From assembly GCA_964617125.1 (NCBI GenBank), contig CAZTVS010000004.1, positions 12,196 through 76,195 on the forward strand: DNA of 64,000 nucleotides, in the 5' to 3' direction. Position 1 is the first letter of the stretch. Every line of letters starts with the position of its first letter. The notes under the pieces were generated by a model that saw nothing but the letters and a program-made list of their open reading frames with translations, searched no databases and had not been told where the DNA came from. The DNA comes from an uncultured Acidobacteriota bacterium (lineage in GTDB: Bacteria; Acidobacteriota; UBA6911; CAINFC01). Of this stretch, positions 20,013-29,943 are shown piece after piece. A program made the position numbers and the translations under genes.

Positions 20013-20717
20013 TTATAAATGATGGAAATCGTCTTCTTCCACCTCTTTCTTCTTCTCCACCCTTTCCTCGATGATCCGCCGGGCGACATCCCTGCCGCCA
20101 AGGCCGAAGGCGATCGCCAGGCTGAGCATGACCGAACCGAAGGCGATGGAGAAGGCGGCGGTGACGATGTTGCCGGCGATCTTCAATTCTTCCAGGGCCA
20201 TGGCAAAAGCAAGGATGAAGATGGTGTATTTGACGATCGATCCGATGATCCGGGGAGAAGGAAAATTCCTGTTGACCGCCGTAAGCAGGGCGGCTCGGGA
20301 CAGAAAGGCTCCGATCAACATCCCGAGGATCAGGATGAAAAGGGCCATGATCAGATTGGGCAGGTACAGGAAAATCTTGGAGATCATCTCCCGGAAGATT
20401 TCCAGGCCCAGGGCATTCAGCCCGAAAAAGACCACAAACAGGAATACAACCCAGAAGATCATTTTTCCGGCCAGAATACGGGGAGGAGTTTGAATGTCGG
20501 CGCGACTGAGCACATGGGTCAGCCCGGAATTGCCGCAATAGCGATCAAATCTGGCCATCCGTAAAGCCCGGCAAACCGACCAGCTTAAAAGTTTTGCCAG
20601 TACCCATCCGGAAAAAAAGAGGATGACCAGGGCCAGGAAGCCGGGCAGAAACGCCGTCAAACCTTCCTGGTAGCTTTTCCAAACGACCGATAAGGTATCG
20701 ATGAACATATCCGTCAT
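20013..20717 (-). CDS. Small membrane protein with repeated 'conserved TM helix' segments (MscS-like N-terminal type)
   Basis: Hydrophobic repeats (ALFILILGMLIGAF…, ILAFAMALEELKIAGNIV…) with an acidic C-terminal tail. The start ATG at 20715-17 is preceded by AGGAGGAAAAG and overlaps the upstream stop (ATGA). Confidence 0.55.
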   Translation of the reverse strand: MTDMFIDTLSVVWKSYQEGLTAFLPGFLALVILFFSGWVLAKLLSWSVCRALRMARFDRYCGNSGLTHVLSRADIQTPPRILAGKMIFWVVFLFVVFFGLNALGLEIFREMISKIFLYLPNLIMALFILILGMLIGAFLSRAALLTAVNRNFPSPRIIGSIVKYTIFILAFAMALEELKIAGNIVTAAFSIAFGSVMLSLAIAFGLGGRDVARRIIEERVEKKKEVEEDDFHHL

Positions 20718-21997
20718 GTTACTTTTCCTCCTTGGGAATCCCAACGTTCCAGCAGATAAGGCTTGGTCGCTTCATAGCAAAGACATAGATCCTCCAGGCA
20801 GTTTTCGACCTCTTCTGCCTGGGCCTCGGCGTTTTCCAGTACGAAGGAAGCGGTTCGGGCGAGATAGAGCGGAGTGAGCGCTTTCAGGATGTGCTCCCGG
20901 TGGATACGATGGGCACGCCAGGCTAATGCGAAATCGTAAACGGTTCGAACCCAGAGATTTGCAGGATATCGAAACGACGGATTGGGGTTCCGGTCAAGAT
21001 CCCGTATCTCCTTCCAGGTTTCTGCCGACAGGACGATTTCCCAGATGGAAGCGAGATCGCGGACGCCGGATTGAAAATTGGTAATCATCCGTTCTACGTT
21101 GACATGTACCGGTTCCAGTCCGACGGTGTAATTGAAACCGAAAACCGGCACCGGTTCCGTGGTATGTATCTCCCGCCAGAAGGAGTGATAGTTTTCCATC
21201 AATGCGAAAACGGAGCTCACCACCTGGGTCAACATGGCGCTCAGATCGGAGCCGGGATCCTTGGTATCATGGATCTTGGCCCCTAAAAAGGATTGACAGA
21301 CACGGTATCCTCCGGTGATGGCGGTGGTCGTCAGCCATATATCGATGCCGAAACGGGCGACATCGGTATGCCAAACATCCTGCGTCAGATAGTGATCGAT
21401 CAACCGGCCTGAGAATCCGAAGTCTCCTCCGATAGGCTGGCGAACCCGCCGGCCATAAAGCGTTCTGGTCAGCGGATACACGATGCTGTTGGTGATGGTT
21501 CCATCGAACTTGTGGCGGTGATAGAGCGGCGCCACAAAATCGAATTCCTTCTGTAAGACCGGGCGCAGCAGCAGATCGATCCATTCGGGGGTGATGCTCC
21601 TGAGATCCGCATCCACAACGGCACAGGCCCTTGCCTGTAATGCCTCGGCCACCTGCAGAACCAGTCGGATAGCACTCCCTTTTCCCCGTATCCCGTGATA
21701 AGGGGAGATGATGCGGTGAATGGGAAAAAGCGGGTGAGTCACCAGCAGGGTATGGTAGTCCTCGATGTTGGTTCGGCTCACTACCGCAGGGGTATCGTCG
21801 GTCGATCCTCCATCGGAATTGATCAGAATGGCCCGGGATTCGGGGAAATATTTGGCGAATCCAAGCTGTATAGCCCGGACGACATGCCCTATGGTTCGGG
21901 CATTGTTGTAACTGGGTATACCGACTACGATATCCGCCGTGCCGATCTCGCCGAGCTGTTGCTGCACTTCTTTGGATAACGTTGATTTCTGGATCAT
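20714..21997 (-). CDS. GT-A fold glycosyltransferase (family 2-like; possibly a glycosyl-glycerate-pathway transferase)
   Basis: The N-terminus (VVGIPSYNNARTIGHVVRAI…INSDGGSTDDTPAV) fits a GT-A nucleotide-sugar binding region. 427 aa. The start overlaps the upstream stop (ATGA). Confidence 0.6.
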   Translation of the reverse strand: MIQKSTLSKEVQQQLGEIGTADIVVGIPSYNNARTIGHVVRAIQLGFAKYFPESRAILINSDGGSTDDTPAVVSRTNIEDYHTLLVTHPLFPIHRIISPYHGIRGKGSAIRLVLQVAEALQARACAVVDADLRSITPEWIDLLLRPVLQKEFDFVAPLYHRHKFDGTITNSIVYPLTRTLYGRRVRQPIGGDFGFSGRLIDHYLTQDVWHTDVARFGIDIWLTTTAITGGYRVCQSFLGAKIHDTKDPGSDLSAMLTQVVSSVFALMENYHSFWREIHTTEPVPVFGFNYTVGLEPVHVNVERMITNFQSGVRDLASIWEIVLSAETWKEIRDLDRNPNPSFRYPANLWVRTVYDFALAWRAHRIHREHILKALTPLYLARTASFVLENAEAQAEEVENCLEDLCLCYEATKPYLLERWDSQGGKVT

Positions 21998-22926
21998 GTG
22001 CCTGTTTCCTCACACTCTGAACAGGATCGAACGGAAAGGGTGGAAGCCGGCGGATTTCCTTCCAACAAGGGGACCACCATGTCCAGTACGGCCCGATTCC
22101 ATCCGACCGGACCTATCCCGGGTGCCAGGCTTATCTCAGGTATTCGGGCTGTCAGATCGGGATGGTACTGCCCTCCGAGACGCTGCACCAGGATCGGGAG
22201 ATCTACGGTCTGTAACATGGGAAGGTCATTGGGGCTATCTCCGATCCCTACAGTAACGATGGCCGGCAGTTTTTTGCGGAACAGGTGGACGGCGGTTCTG
22301 ATCGCATGGCCCTTATTGTTGTTGCCGGTGACGTGGAAAAAACGGCCGCCACGGGTGATGGTTAATCCTTCCCGAGCGGCGGCCGCAAGGATTCTCTCCA
22401 TCTTGTACTCTTCCGAAGACGGCAGCAGAAAGGGTTCGTCATACTCTCTTGCCTTGGCTCTCTCCGCTTGCAAAAGGGAAAATCCACACATACAGGCGAT
22501 CTCGACCGCTTGCAGATCGTGAAATCCGGTGAGAGGGATATTCAGCTCTTTCCGTATGCGGGAGAGAAAATCGACCAGTTTGCGGTACGGCACTCCCAGT
22601 TCGACCCGGATCCAGCGACGGACATCGTATTGCGAAGAATCGGCGATTCCGGCAATGCTTTCCGGAAAGTAAACCGCCCCGCCGTTCTCTACGATGAAAG
22701 GATGCTGAAAGTCCAGCTCCTCCAGGATGGGTAAAAGCTCCGCACGGGTTTTACTGGAGCAGGGAACCAGGTAGATCGGCAGGGATCGTATGCGATCCAG
22801 TGCCGGACGGGCCGCTTCCCAGGAGTAGGTGGTTTCCTCCAGCAGAGTGCCGTCCAGATCGGTGAAAAGGATGATGGCTCTGGTTTCCGACATGACTGTC
22901 TCCTCCTTTTCCTTGGACCGGATCAT
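21994..22926 (-). CDS. HAD-IIB phosphatase of the mannosyl-3-phosphoglycerate phosphatase (YedP/MpgP) family
   Basis: ILFTDLDGTLLEETTYSWEAARPALDRIRSLPIYLVPCSSKTRAEL closely resembles the YedP/MpgP N-terminus. HAD motif I (DLDGT) is present. ATGA overlaps occur at both ends. Confidence 0.6.
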   Translation of the reverse strand: MIRSKEKEETVMSETRAIILFTDLDGTLLEETTYSWEAARPALDRIRSLPIYLVPCSSKTRAELLPILEELDFQHPFIVENGGAVYFPESIAGIADSSQYDVRRWIRVELGVPYRKLVDFLSRIRKELNIPLTGFHDLQAVEIACMCGFSLLQAERAKAREYDEPFLLPSSEEYKMERILAAAAREGLTITRGGRFFHVTGNNNKGHAIRTAVHLFRKKLPAIVTVGIGDSPNDLPMLQTVDLPILVQRLGGQYHPDLTARIPEISLAPGIGPVGWNRAVLDMVVPLLEGNPPASTLSVRSCSECEETGT

Positions 22927-24131
22927 GCATTGTCCAGTTTGACCGCTTCTTTCAGTTCGTCCAGGAAGGTCGGCAAAGCCGAGGTGATCCGGTTCCAGTT
23001 CGGGATCAGGGGTTGTCCCAGCGGATCCTCCATGAAGGCCTCTCCGGCGATGCGAACGCTTTTCGCAAAGGTTTCTACGGCCACCTCTTCTTCATGCCGG
23101 TCGAAATAGAGTCCATTGATGGCGGCATCGGCATGGTACCGTGTGATGGTATCTTCGGCGATGCGTATATAGGTCGACAGTAAGGTGCGGAAAACCCCTG
23201 AGGAGAAGACCGCTCCTTCGGCGGAGAGCGTCCGCAACATCGTTTTAGTGATATCGACGGCCATTTTCATCAGACCTTTCCCCGGATCGGTCGGTGAGAG
23301 ATCCTGGTGTTTGTGCTCGTAGTTTCGGCAGAGTTCCGTCTGACAGACCCGCTTGACGGAACAGTTGCGGTGGATTTCAGCCAGGACGCCCACCTCCAGG
23401 CCCCAGTCTGCAGGGATACGGTTGACTCGGGCCAGGTCCGTTCTCATGGCAAACTCACCGGATAGGGGATAACGGAAGCTGTCCAGAAAAACCAGGAAAG
23501 GCAGCTGTCCGAATATCTTTTGCAGGGCACGGATCAGGGGAGTCATCAGCAGACGGGTGACACGGCCATGCATGCGGTCGGTGACCCGGGCATAAAAGCC
23601 CTTGCTGAATTCGAAGTTGATGTTGGGATTGGTGATCGGATAGCAGAGCCGGGCCAGCAATTCCCGATTGTAGGTCAGGACATCGCAATCGTGGAGAGCA
23701 ATGACCTCACTCTTGCGATCGGCCAGGATGTATCCGTAGGCCATCCAGCAGGAACGCCCCTTTCCCCGGTCTCCGATGGGTAGATTGTTCTCCCGCAGCC
23801 GATCCATCAGGGCCAGTATGCGCGGTCCGCTGTTCCATATAAAACGAACTTCCTGAGGGAGTGCGGACATCATGGAGCGCGCATAGGTATACTGTTCGCG
23901 GTCGGCGGCATCGAGGGTTACGACGATCTGTCGCAGATAGGGAACCGTTTTCAGCTCTTCCAGGATGGATGGCAGTGCTTTTCCTTCGAATTCACGGAAG
24001 AGCGCCGGAAGGACCAGGGCAATCGGACGCTGTTCGGCGTAACCGGTCAGCTCTTTTTCCAGTATCAGATAGTCGTTCTCCACCAGCCGATGCAATGTAG
24101 CGACGATTCCGACTTGATAAAAATCTGACAT
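22923..24131 (-). CDS. Glycosyltransferase, tentatively glucosyl-/mannosyl-3-phosphoglycerate synthase-like
   Basis: 402-aa GT-A-like protein (IALHDCDVLTYNRELL with a DxD-like motif). It lies immediately upstream of, and is translationally coupled to, the MpgP-like phosphatase. The specific family is not verified. Confidence 0.45.
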   Translation of the reverse strand: MSDFYQVGIVATLHRLVENDYLILEKELTGYAEQRPIALVLPALFREFEGKALPSILEELKTVPYLRQIVVTLDAADREQYTYARSMMSALPQEVRFIWNSGPRILALMDRLRENNLPIGDRGKGRSCWMAYGYILADRKSEVIALHDCDVLTYNRELLARLCYPITNPNINFEFSKGFYARVTDRMHGRVTRLLMTPLIRALQKIFGQLPFLVFLDSFRYPLSGEFAMRTDLARVNRIPADWGLEVGVLAEIHRNCSVKRVCQTELCRNYEHKHQDLSPTDPGKGLMKMAVDITKTMLRTLSAEGAVFSSGVFRTLLSTYIRIAEDTITRYHADAAINGLYFDRHEEEVAVETFAKSVRIAGEAFMEDPLGQPLIPNWNRITSALPTFLDELKEAVKLDNA

Positions 24132-24146
24132 GGTTTCCTCCTTGGA

Positions 24147-24779
24147 TTATTGGGTTTTGTTTGTTTGGGATGATGTCGGAAGGCGGTTTTTCGCCGAGGT
24201 GCCTGGTATTCCGGAGGTGGCCGTTTGCAGCACCAGATCGAGGTCGAGGGGGAAGCCGGCGGCATAGGCGAAGGAGCGATAACCGGATACCAGTCCAGCC
24301 AGAATGACGGCTTGCTGAAGCACCTCTTCTTTGGGCGATTCCTCGGATCGGGGATGGGATGGCAGATAGCGGGCCATACACCGTATGTAATCGCGAAAGG
24401 CATGGTTCAGTTCCGCCGATCCGCCTTCCAGGAGCAGAAGACCGCGGGACTGGTGGAAAAGTAGGGCATAGTCCGGGTGGTCCCGCCAAAAAGATTCCTG
24501 CTGTACGAGTACTTCCCGGATCCGGTTTTTACCCCGTATGCGGCCGTCGATCTTCTGCAGGTAGGATTTTTCCAGCAGCAGCACTCCCTGAGACAGCAGT
24601 TCGGCAATCAGGCGATTTTTGGAAGGGAAATAATTATAAAAAACCCCTTTGGCCACATCGGCGGCTTCGGTGATATCTTCGACCCGTGTGGCATAAATGC
24701 CATGGCGGGCAAAGCGTTCCATGGCAATCTGCAGAAGATGAAGGCGGGTTTTTTCTTTTTTTCGATCGCGACGGTTCAT
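24147..24779 (-). CDS. TetR/AcrR family transcriptional regulator
   Basis: The N-terminal HTH (LLQIAMERFARHGIYATRVEDITEAADVAKGVFYNYFPSKNRLIAEL) is a canonical TetR_N domain. The gene lies 15 nt upstream of the coupled operon. Confidence 0.85.
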   Translation of the reverse strand: MNRRDRKKEKTRLHLLQIAMERFARHGIYATRVEDITEAADVAKGVFYNYFPSKNRLIAELLSQGVLLLEKSYLQKIDGRIRGKNRIREVLVQQESFWRDHPDYALLFHQSRGLLLLEGGSAELNHAFRDYIRCMARYLPSHPRSEESPKEEVLQQAVILAGLVSGYRSFAYAAGFPLDLDLVLQTATSGIPGTSAKNRLPTSSQTNKTQ

Positions 24780-25266
24780 GAATAATCCTCATAAATGAAC
24801 GAGAGTCATATATGAATCATGTACCATGCAAATCGGACGAAGTCAAACAAAAAAGCTGGGATCGTCAGCCGCCGGAAAAAAGCTAATCCTACTGAAAGCG
24901 ATGAGTCCGATCCTCGATGGAAAGCCCTGCCGTGGCCGAAGACGTCCCTAAACAAACCGAAAGAATGAATCGTAAGGGCAAGGCCGGTCCTTGCCCTGTG
25001 AATTTTCCATTCGTTCCTGCAGTGTCTCTGAAAATTGAGGAGGACATGCGTTACCGGGCTCCTGTCCCCATAACCACGATCACCATGTTTTGGGATCCAA
25101 GACAGAATAGTGGATAGAAATACTCCCAATCCAACTCTGCATTTATTAAATTTTCCCCACTGTTGATACTGATTTATCTGGCATTTTATAAAGAAATACA
25201 ATAAGATATGGAATTCGAGGGTGCATCAGGAGTTGATCGGTTGGTCGATTCTTTCCGGGAGTTTTT

Positions 25267-27957
25267 ATGTATCGATCTGCATTAAAGCAGTATGTGGAAT
25301 CTTTAAAACAACTACCTACTCTGCCGCCTGTGGCTGTCAAATTGATCGAAATCGCCGGGAAGGATAACACCAACCTGCAGGAAATCATCCAATTAATCGA
25401 AGTCGACCCGGCATTATCTTCCAAAATTTTATTCGTCAGCAATTCTATTCACTTCAATGCCTGTAGAAAAGTAAGTACTGTCGGACATGCGGTCAACCTG
25501 ATGGGGATCAACCTGATTCGTACGATCACCCTGTCTTTAATCGTTTTTCGTTTGTTCAAAGATCTGCCCAGCGGTACCAAGTTCGATCTGGCGGGTTTCT
25601 GGCATCATTGTATCGCCACCGCCATAGCCGCCGAACTTCTGGCACAACGATTCGATTATCCGCAACCCCAGGAGGCCTTTACCGCCGGATTGTTACATGA
25701 TATAGGCAAGCTGGTTCTCTACCAATGGAACAATACGCTCTACGAACAAACGCTGGAAGATGCTCAAAGTGAATCGATGAGGCTCCTGGAAAAAGAAGAG
25801 ATCGTTTATGGTATCGGTCATACCGATATCGCTTACCATCTGATGACGCACTGGCGTTTTCCGGAGCCTTTGGCCATGGCGGTCTGGTTGCATCATCAAC
25901 CGGCCGATCAACTGGATCGAAGAAAGGGAATGAGACTCCCCTGGATTGTCAAGTGTGCCAACTGTCTGTGCAATATTCAGCGGTTTGGATGCAGCGGCGA
26001 TCTCTTTGCCGAAGACGATACCCATCGTCTTTCGGAACTTTCCGGGCTGAGCAGCAAAGAAATCGATTCCCTGAGCCGGGAGATACTGAATCGATTTGAA
26101 GAGGTTTCCGGCTGGTTTGATTTTAAAGGGACTTCTCTCGAGCTCTATCTATCCGCAGTCAATCAAGCCAACAATGAGATTAGCCGCATTATGACCGACA
26201 TGACCGAAAACAACCATCGTTTAGCACAACAGTGCCAGGTGCTGGATGCCATCCGGAGGATGACGGAATCCCTGCCGAATTCCATTACTTCCAGCCGTGC
26301 TTTACTAACCATCCTTGAGTTGTTGAGTGCTACCGCCAGGCATCATCGTATACTCGGTTTTATTCCCCGTCCGGAAGCGAAAGCTCTGGAAGGCTATATG
26401 AAAGTCGATTTTCAGTCGCCATGGGAAAAGATACTGCTGCCCATTCGTTGCGACCTGACGATCGATTATACCCGTCTCTCGCAACGCCAGCAGGTTTCCT
26501 TGGTGGAAAAGGCCGTGGCCGATCTGGGTAACCAGGTGGCCGTAGGTGTGGAAGTTGCCGCCGCCCTGGCCGGCATGGAGATCAGTGCCGCTTTGCATGA
26601 AGGCAAACTGATTGTCCTCTCCATGGAGGCCAACGGCAGCAATCAAGGACAGATCCTCCTGGAACTGGCCGATGCCGTCTGGGACAATCGGGAGAGCATC
26701 GACCTCTTACGCCAGTTTGGCCGGGCGGCAGGATTGGCACTGCAAAAAATACTCCTGCAGGAAGCCAATCAACAGCAGGCAGACGAGCTGGTGCGGACTA
26801 TCCGGCAAATCGAGGAGGCAAAAACAAAACTGATACACATGGAACGATTGTCTTCCGTCGGACGTCTGGCCGCCGGAGCCGCTCATGAAATCAACAATCC
26901 GCTCACGGTGATATCCGGAAGGGCACAGCTCCTCTTTTCCCATGCGGCCAACGAGAGCGAGAAGAGATCGCTGCGGCTGATCATCGAACAGTCGGCACGA
27001 ATCGCCAAGATCATTCACGATATGATGGGATTGGCCCGTCCGGCGGAACCCAAGTTCGAATCGATTGCCATCGAGCCGATCATCAGCCATGTGGTCAGTC
27101 TCCTGAGCCAGCGGATGAAGAGTACGGGCATCCTGCTGCAGGAGGAATATGCATCCGATTTACCGCCGGTTTATGCGGATGAGAAACAGATGGAGCAGGT
27201 ATTTCTCAACCTGATGGTCAATGCCATTCAGGCCATGAACGAGGGTGGTGTTTTAGGGATCGCCATCCGCGCGGAGAAGGGGAACAAAAAGATCCGGGTC
27301 GAGATCAGCGATACCGGCGTCGGCATTCGGGAAGAAGATTTGAAATCGGTTTTCGATCCCTTCTTCACCACCAAGAAGGATGGAGAAGGCAACGGCCTCG
27401 GATTGGCCATCTGTCAATCGATCGTGCTTTCCCACCAGGGAGAGATCGGAGTGAGCAGCCGTCTGGGGCAGGGTTCCACCTTTCGTATCACGCTTCCGGC
27501 CACATCCTGTCTGTTGCCGCAATCCGTCTCCGATAAATCAAACCTCTACAACCTGGCATGGAAACAGGCAGACCATTCTCTCGGCTCTATCCTGGTGGTC
27601 GATGATGAAGAAGATATCTGTCACATCATAGAGGACGCTCTCACCCTAAAAGGTTACCGGATTGAAACCGCCAGGGATGGGGTTCAGGGACTGGAGAAGG
27701 TGGGACGGCAGTATTTCGATCTGATGTTGTTGGACCTGCGTATGCCGAAAAAGGCCGGGTTGGAGGTGTTGAAAATCACGCGCAAGACTCACCCCAATCT
27801 TCCGATCGTGATCATCAGCGGTGTGGCTCATGAGAGTGAATTTACCGAAGCTCTGAAGTTGGGAGCCAGCGCCTGTCTGAAAAAACCGTTCGATATCCTG
27901 GAGTTGCTCTCCATCATCAAATCCTTGCTGCATCCGGCCGAATCGATGAAAGCATAA
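25267..27957 (+). CDS. Hybrid signalling protein: HDOD domain, histidine kinase (HisKA+HATPase), and a C-terminal receiver domain
   Basis: The N-terminal HDOD (LPTLPPVAVKLIEIAG…GLLHDIGKLVL) is followed by an H-box (AAGAAHEINNPL) and N/G boxes (NLMVNAIQAM…DTGVGI…GLGLAI). The receiver domain (ILVVDDEEDI…DLRMP) completes the protein. Confidence 0.85.
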   Translation: MYRSALKQYVESLKQLPTLPPVAVKLIEIAGKDNTNLQEIIQLIEVDPALSSKILFVSNSIHFNACRKVSTVGHAVNLMGINLIRTITLSLIVFRLFKDLPSGTKFDLAGFWHHCIATAIAAELLAQRFDYPQPQEAFTAGLLHDIGKLVLYQWNNTLYEQTLEDAQSESMRLLEKEEIVYGIGHTDIAYHLMTHWRFPEPLAMAVWLHHQPADQLDRRKGMRLPWIVKCANCLCNIQRFGCSGDLFAEDDTHRLSELSGLSSKEIDSLSREILNRFEEVSGWFDFKGTSLELYLSAVNQANNEISRIMTDMTENNHRLAQQCQVLDAIRRMTESLPNSITSSRALLTILELLSATARHHRILGFIPRPEAKALEGYMKVDFQSPWEKILLPIRCDLTIDYTRLSQRQQVSLVEKAVADLGNQVAVGVEVAAALAGMEISAALHEGKLIVLSMEANGSNQGQILLELADAVWDNRESIDLLRQFGRAAGLALQKILLQEANQQQADELVRTIRQIEEAKTKLIHMERLSSVGRLAAGAAHEINNPLTVISGRAQLLFSHAANESEKRSLRLIIEQSARIAKIIHDMMGLARPAEPKFESIAIEPIISHVVSLLSQRMKSTGILLQEEYASDLPPVYADEKQMEQVFLNLMVNAIQAMNEGGVLGIAIRAEKGNKKIRVEISDTGVGIREEDLKSVFDPFFTTKKDGEGNGLGLAICQSIVLSHQGEIGVSSRLGQGSTFRITLPATSCLLPQSVSDKSNLYNLAWKQADHSLGSILVVDDEEDICHIIEDALTLKGYRIETARDGVQGLEKVGRQYFDLMLLDLRMPKKAGLEVLKITRKTHPNLPIVIISGVAHESEFTEALKLGASACLKKPFDILELLSIIKSLLHPAESMKA

Positions 27958-27977
27958 AAGAATGGGTGGAGGGCCGT

Positions 27978-28946
27978 TCAGATGTTATCGGAATCGGCCA
28001 TGTGAAAGGGAACTCGCGTGATCCGGGCGAAATCCGTAGAAGGATCCAGGAGGCGGATGACTACCGGTTTTTTCCGTACGGCGGCAAAGCCATGGCCCGC
28101 CAGAGAGATCGGATCCAGGATGGCGGTCTGCACCCAGGCGGCCATCAGGGAAATTCCCCGTCGATGAAAATATCTCCTGGCCGACTGCAGCGCGTTTAAA
28201 ATTCCATTTCTGTTTCCCCGGCCTTGTATCTGGTCGGCAAGATAGCCGATCTTTCGGTGCCCCCAAAAACCCTCTTTCAGTACCAAATGGTCGGGGCTGA
28301 AATGATAGGAATCCGGGTTGGCGATAAAGCGCCAGCGCAAATACTCTTCATCATGAACGATCTCGAGGATATCCTGTGCCTGTACCGATTTCTCTTCAGC
28401 CATCAGGGAGGACAGGAGCGTCGGAGTCTTTTTCTCCGTGTCTACTCCTTCCCTCCGGTATCGATGGGATTTCCATGGGAAGGGACAGCAATACCCGAGA
28501 ACCATCTGCACCCGGCAATGAGGAAGTTCCGAGAATCCGAGTTTGTGCCGGAAAACCGGATAGGAAATGGGATTGGGTGTTCCGTAGAGGAGACGGATCC
28601 CTTTCTGCCGGGCCTCCTCCAGGATCATATCTGCCAGCGTGCGAAAGATGCCCTGGCCCTGAAATTCCCGGGAGACGAAAGCGTCATCGATTTCTGCGCC
28701 GAGCAAGGACTCTCCATGGAGACGGATTCGCTTGGGTGTCAGGGCGAAACATCCGACTAATCGCCCGTTCTCTTCGGCCAGGGCGATGCTGCCCCGGCCG
28801 AAAGGGTTGAGGTCATTTCGCCAGAGGTAATATTCCGGCTCCTGCGATCGTCTCAAGGAGGGATGTCTCGGATCCAGGAAGGTTTTGGTGAAGCGGGACA
28901 AGGCCGGCGCATCCTCCGCAGAAAAGAAACGGTATTTAATGGTCAT
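27978..28946 (-). CDS. GNAT family N-acetyltransferase
   Basis: GNAT core (IDDAFVSREFQGQGIFRTLADMILEEARQKGIRLLYGTPNP). The probable start is the internal ATG at 28944-46 (MTIKYRFF…). The longer ORF to 29186 overlaps the upstream gene. Confidence 0.65.
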   Translation of the reverse strand: MTIKYRFFSAEDAPALSRFTKTFLDPRHPSLRRSQEPEYYLWRNDLNPFGRGSIALAEENGRLVGCFALTPKRIRLHGESLLGAEIDDAFVSREFQGQGIFRTLADMILEEARQKGIRLLYGTPNPISYPVFRHKLGFSELPHCRVQMVLGYCCPFPWKSHRYRREGVDTEKKTPTLLSSLMAEEKSVQAQDILEIVHDEEYLRWRFIANPDSYHFSPDHLVLKEGFWGHRKIGYLADQIQGRGNRNGILNALQSARRYFHRRGISLMAAWVQTAILDPISLAGHGFAAVRKKPVVIRLLDPSTDFARITRVPFHMADSDNI

Positions 28947-29943
28947 GGGCGGAGGAGAATGTACGATGAAAAAGGTTTTGCCATGAGCCGCCGCCGAGCG
29001 ATTGTCCGGTGATACGGCATAGTACGTCGATTCCTTGATCGCCATAACGGATCGGAAAGCGGGGAAGAAAGTAGCGGTCCTGCGAAGAACGGAATGTGCC
29101 TTCCTCTCCCGTGCAGGATGCCAGATAACCGGCCTGAGACAAACAGGATGCAGACTCCGCCCGATAGGCGCCATAGCGTCCGACACCGAACGGATAGCTG
29201 AAGATGGTGACCTTTTTCCCGGTATGCTTTTCCAGTGTCTGTCTGGAGGCGATCATTTCTTCCAGGGCTTCCTCTGGGGCCAGCCTCCCCAGCAAGCGAT
29301 GGGTTTGGCTGTGGGACCCTATCTCCATCCGTTCACTTTGCGCCATTTCCTTGATTTCGTCCCAGGTACAGGGATCCCATAGGGATGCAGTCCGGGAGAA
29401 GGCCCGGCATAATCTCGCATCTTTTATTCCCCAGGGAGGTCGAGTGTTTCCGGCGAGAAAACCGACGGTGACGAACAGGGTCGCTTTGGCCTGGTATTTT
29501 TGCAGCAGGGGATAGGCATAGCGGTAGACGCTCGCGTAACCGTCATCAAAAGTAATGGCCGCGCACTTCTCCCTCTGCGATTGGGAAATCAACTCAGATA
29601 TGGTTACCAAACGGTAACCGGCGCCAAGGAGCTGCCGCAGATGTTCCTCGAAATCGATGGTGCGCGCGGTTTCCCCCTGCAGGCAAACAGGGACCGGTTC
29701 CCGTCGGCATAAGGTGTGATAGGCCAGAATGACGGAAGGGTCGTCCGGGTTTTGTCGTTTGCTGCCGAAAAGGCGGTACGCCAGGCGGTCCGCTCTCCGC
29801 TGGGCGGCCAGAAAAAGGCTTTTACTTAGATACCTCACGGCTTCTTTATCCATAGCCGGAAAAGCCCGCAGATCAACCCTATCGAATTCATAAGCGTAGA
29901 CAGTGGGGCAAGGAGCAAGGCAATCGGACCGGATTTCAGACAT
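28936..29943 (-). CDS. Polysaccharide deacetylase (NodB/CE4-like)
   Basis: ITFDDGYASVYRYAYPLLQKYQAKATLFVTVGF (NodB motif) and HSQTH. The start is uncertain, either ATG at 29941-43 or 29851-53. The ORF 5' extension to 30180 overlaps the GT2 gene. Confidence 0.6.
   Translation of the reverse strand: MSEIRSDCLAPCPTVYAYEFDRVDLRAFPAMDKEAVRYLSKSLFLAAQRRADRLAYRLFGSKRQNPDDPSVILAYHTLCRREPVPVCLQGETARTIDFEEHLRQLLGAGYRLVTISELISQSQREKCAAITFDDGYASVYRYAYPLLQKYQAKATLFVTVGFLAGNTRPPWGIKDARLCRAFSRTASLWDPCTWDEIKEMAQSERMEIGSHSQTHRLLGRLAPEEALEEMIASRQTLEKHTGKKVTIFSYPFGVGRYGAYRAESASCLSQAGYLASCTGEEGTFRSSQDRYFLPRFPIRYGDQGIDVLCRITGQSLGGGSWQNLFHRTFSSAHDH

Noticed and set aside
20011-20538. N-terminal 176-aa extension of ORF 18328..20538 (MRQFRADPCAQSRRHS…)
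   Set aside because: It is Arg/Gly-rich and non-protein-like, and it overlaps the real TM-helix gene 20013..20717 in another frame. A proper ATG (MGIMQIYQ) sits 2 nt after that gene's stop, so the DUF389 gene starts at 20010.
24806-25201. 131-aa minus-strand ORF in the tetR/HDOD-kinase intergenic region
   Set aside because: It lies in an AT-rich divergent promoter region with no RBS. The sequence is not protein-like and there is no supporting context.
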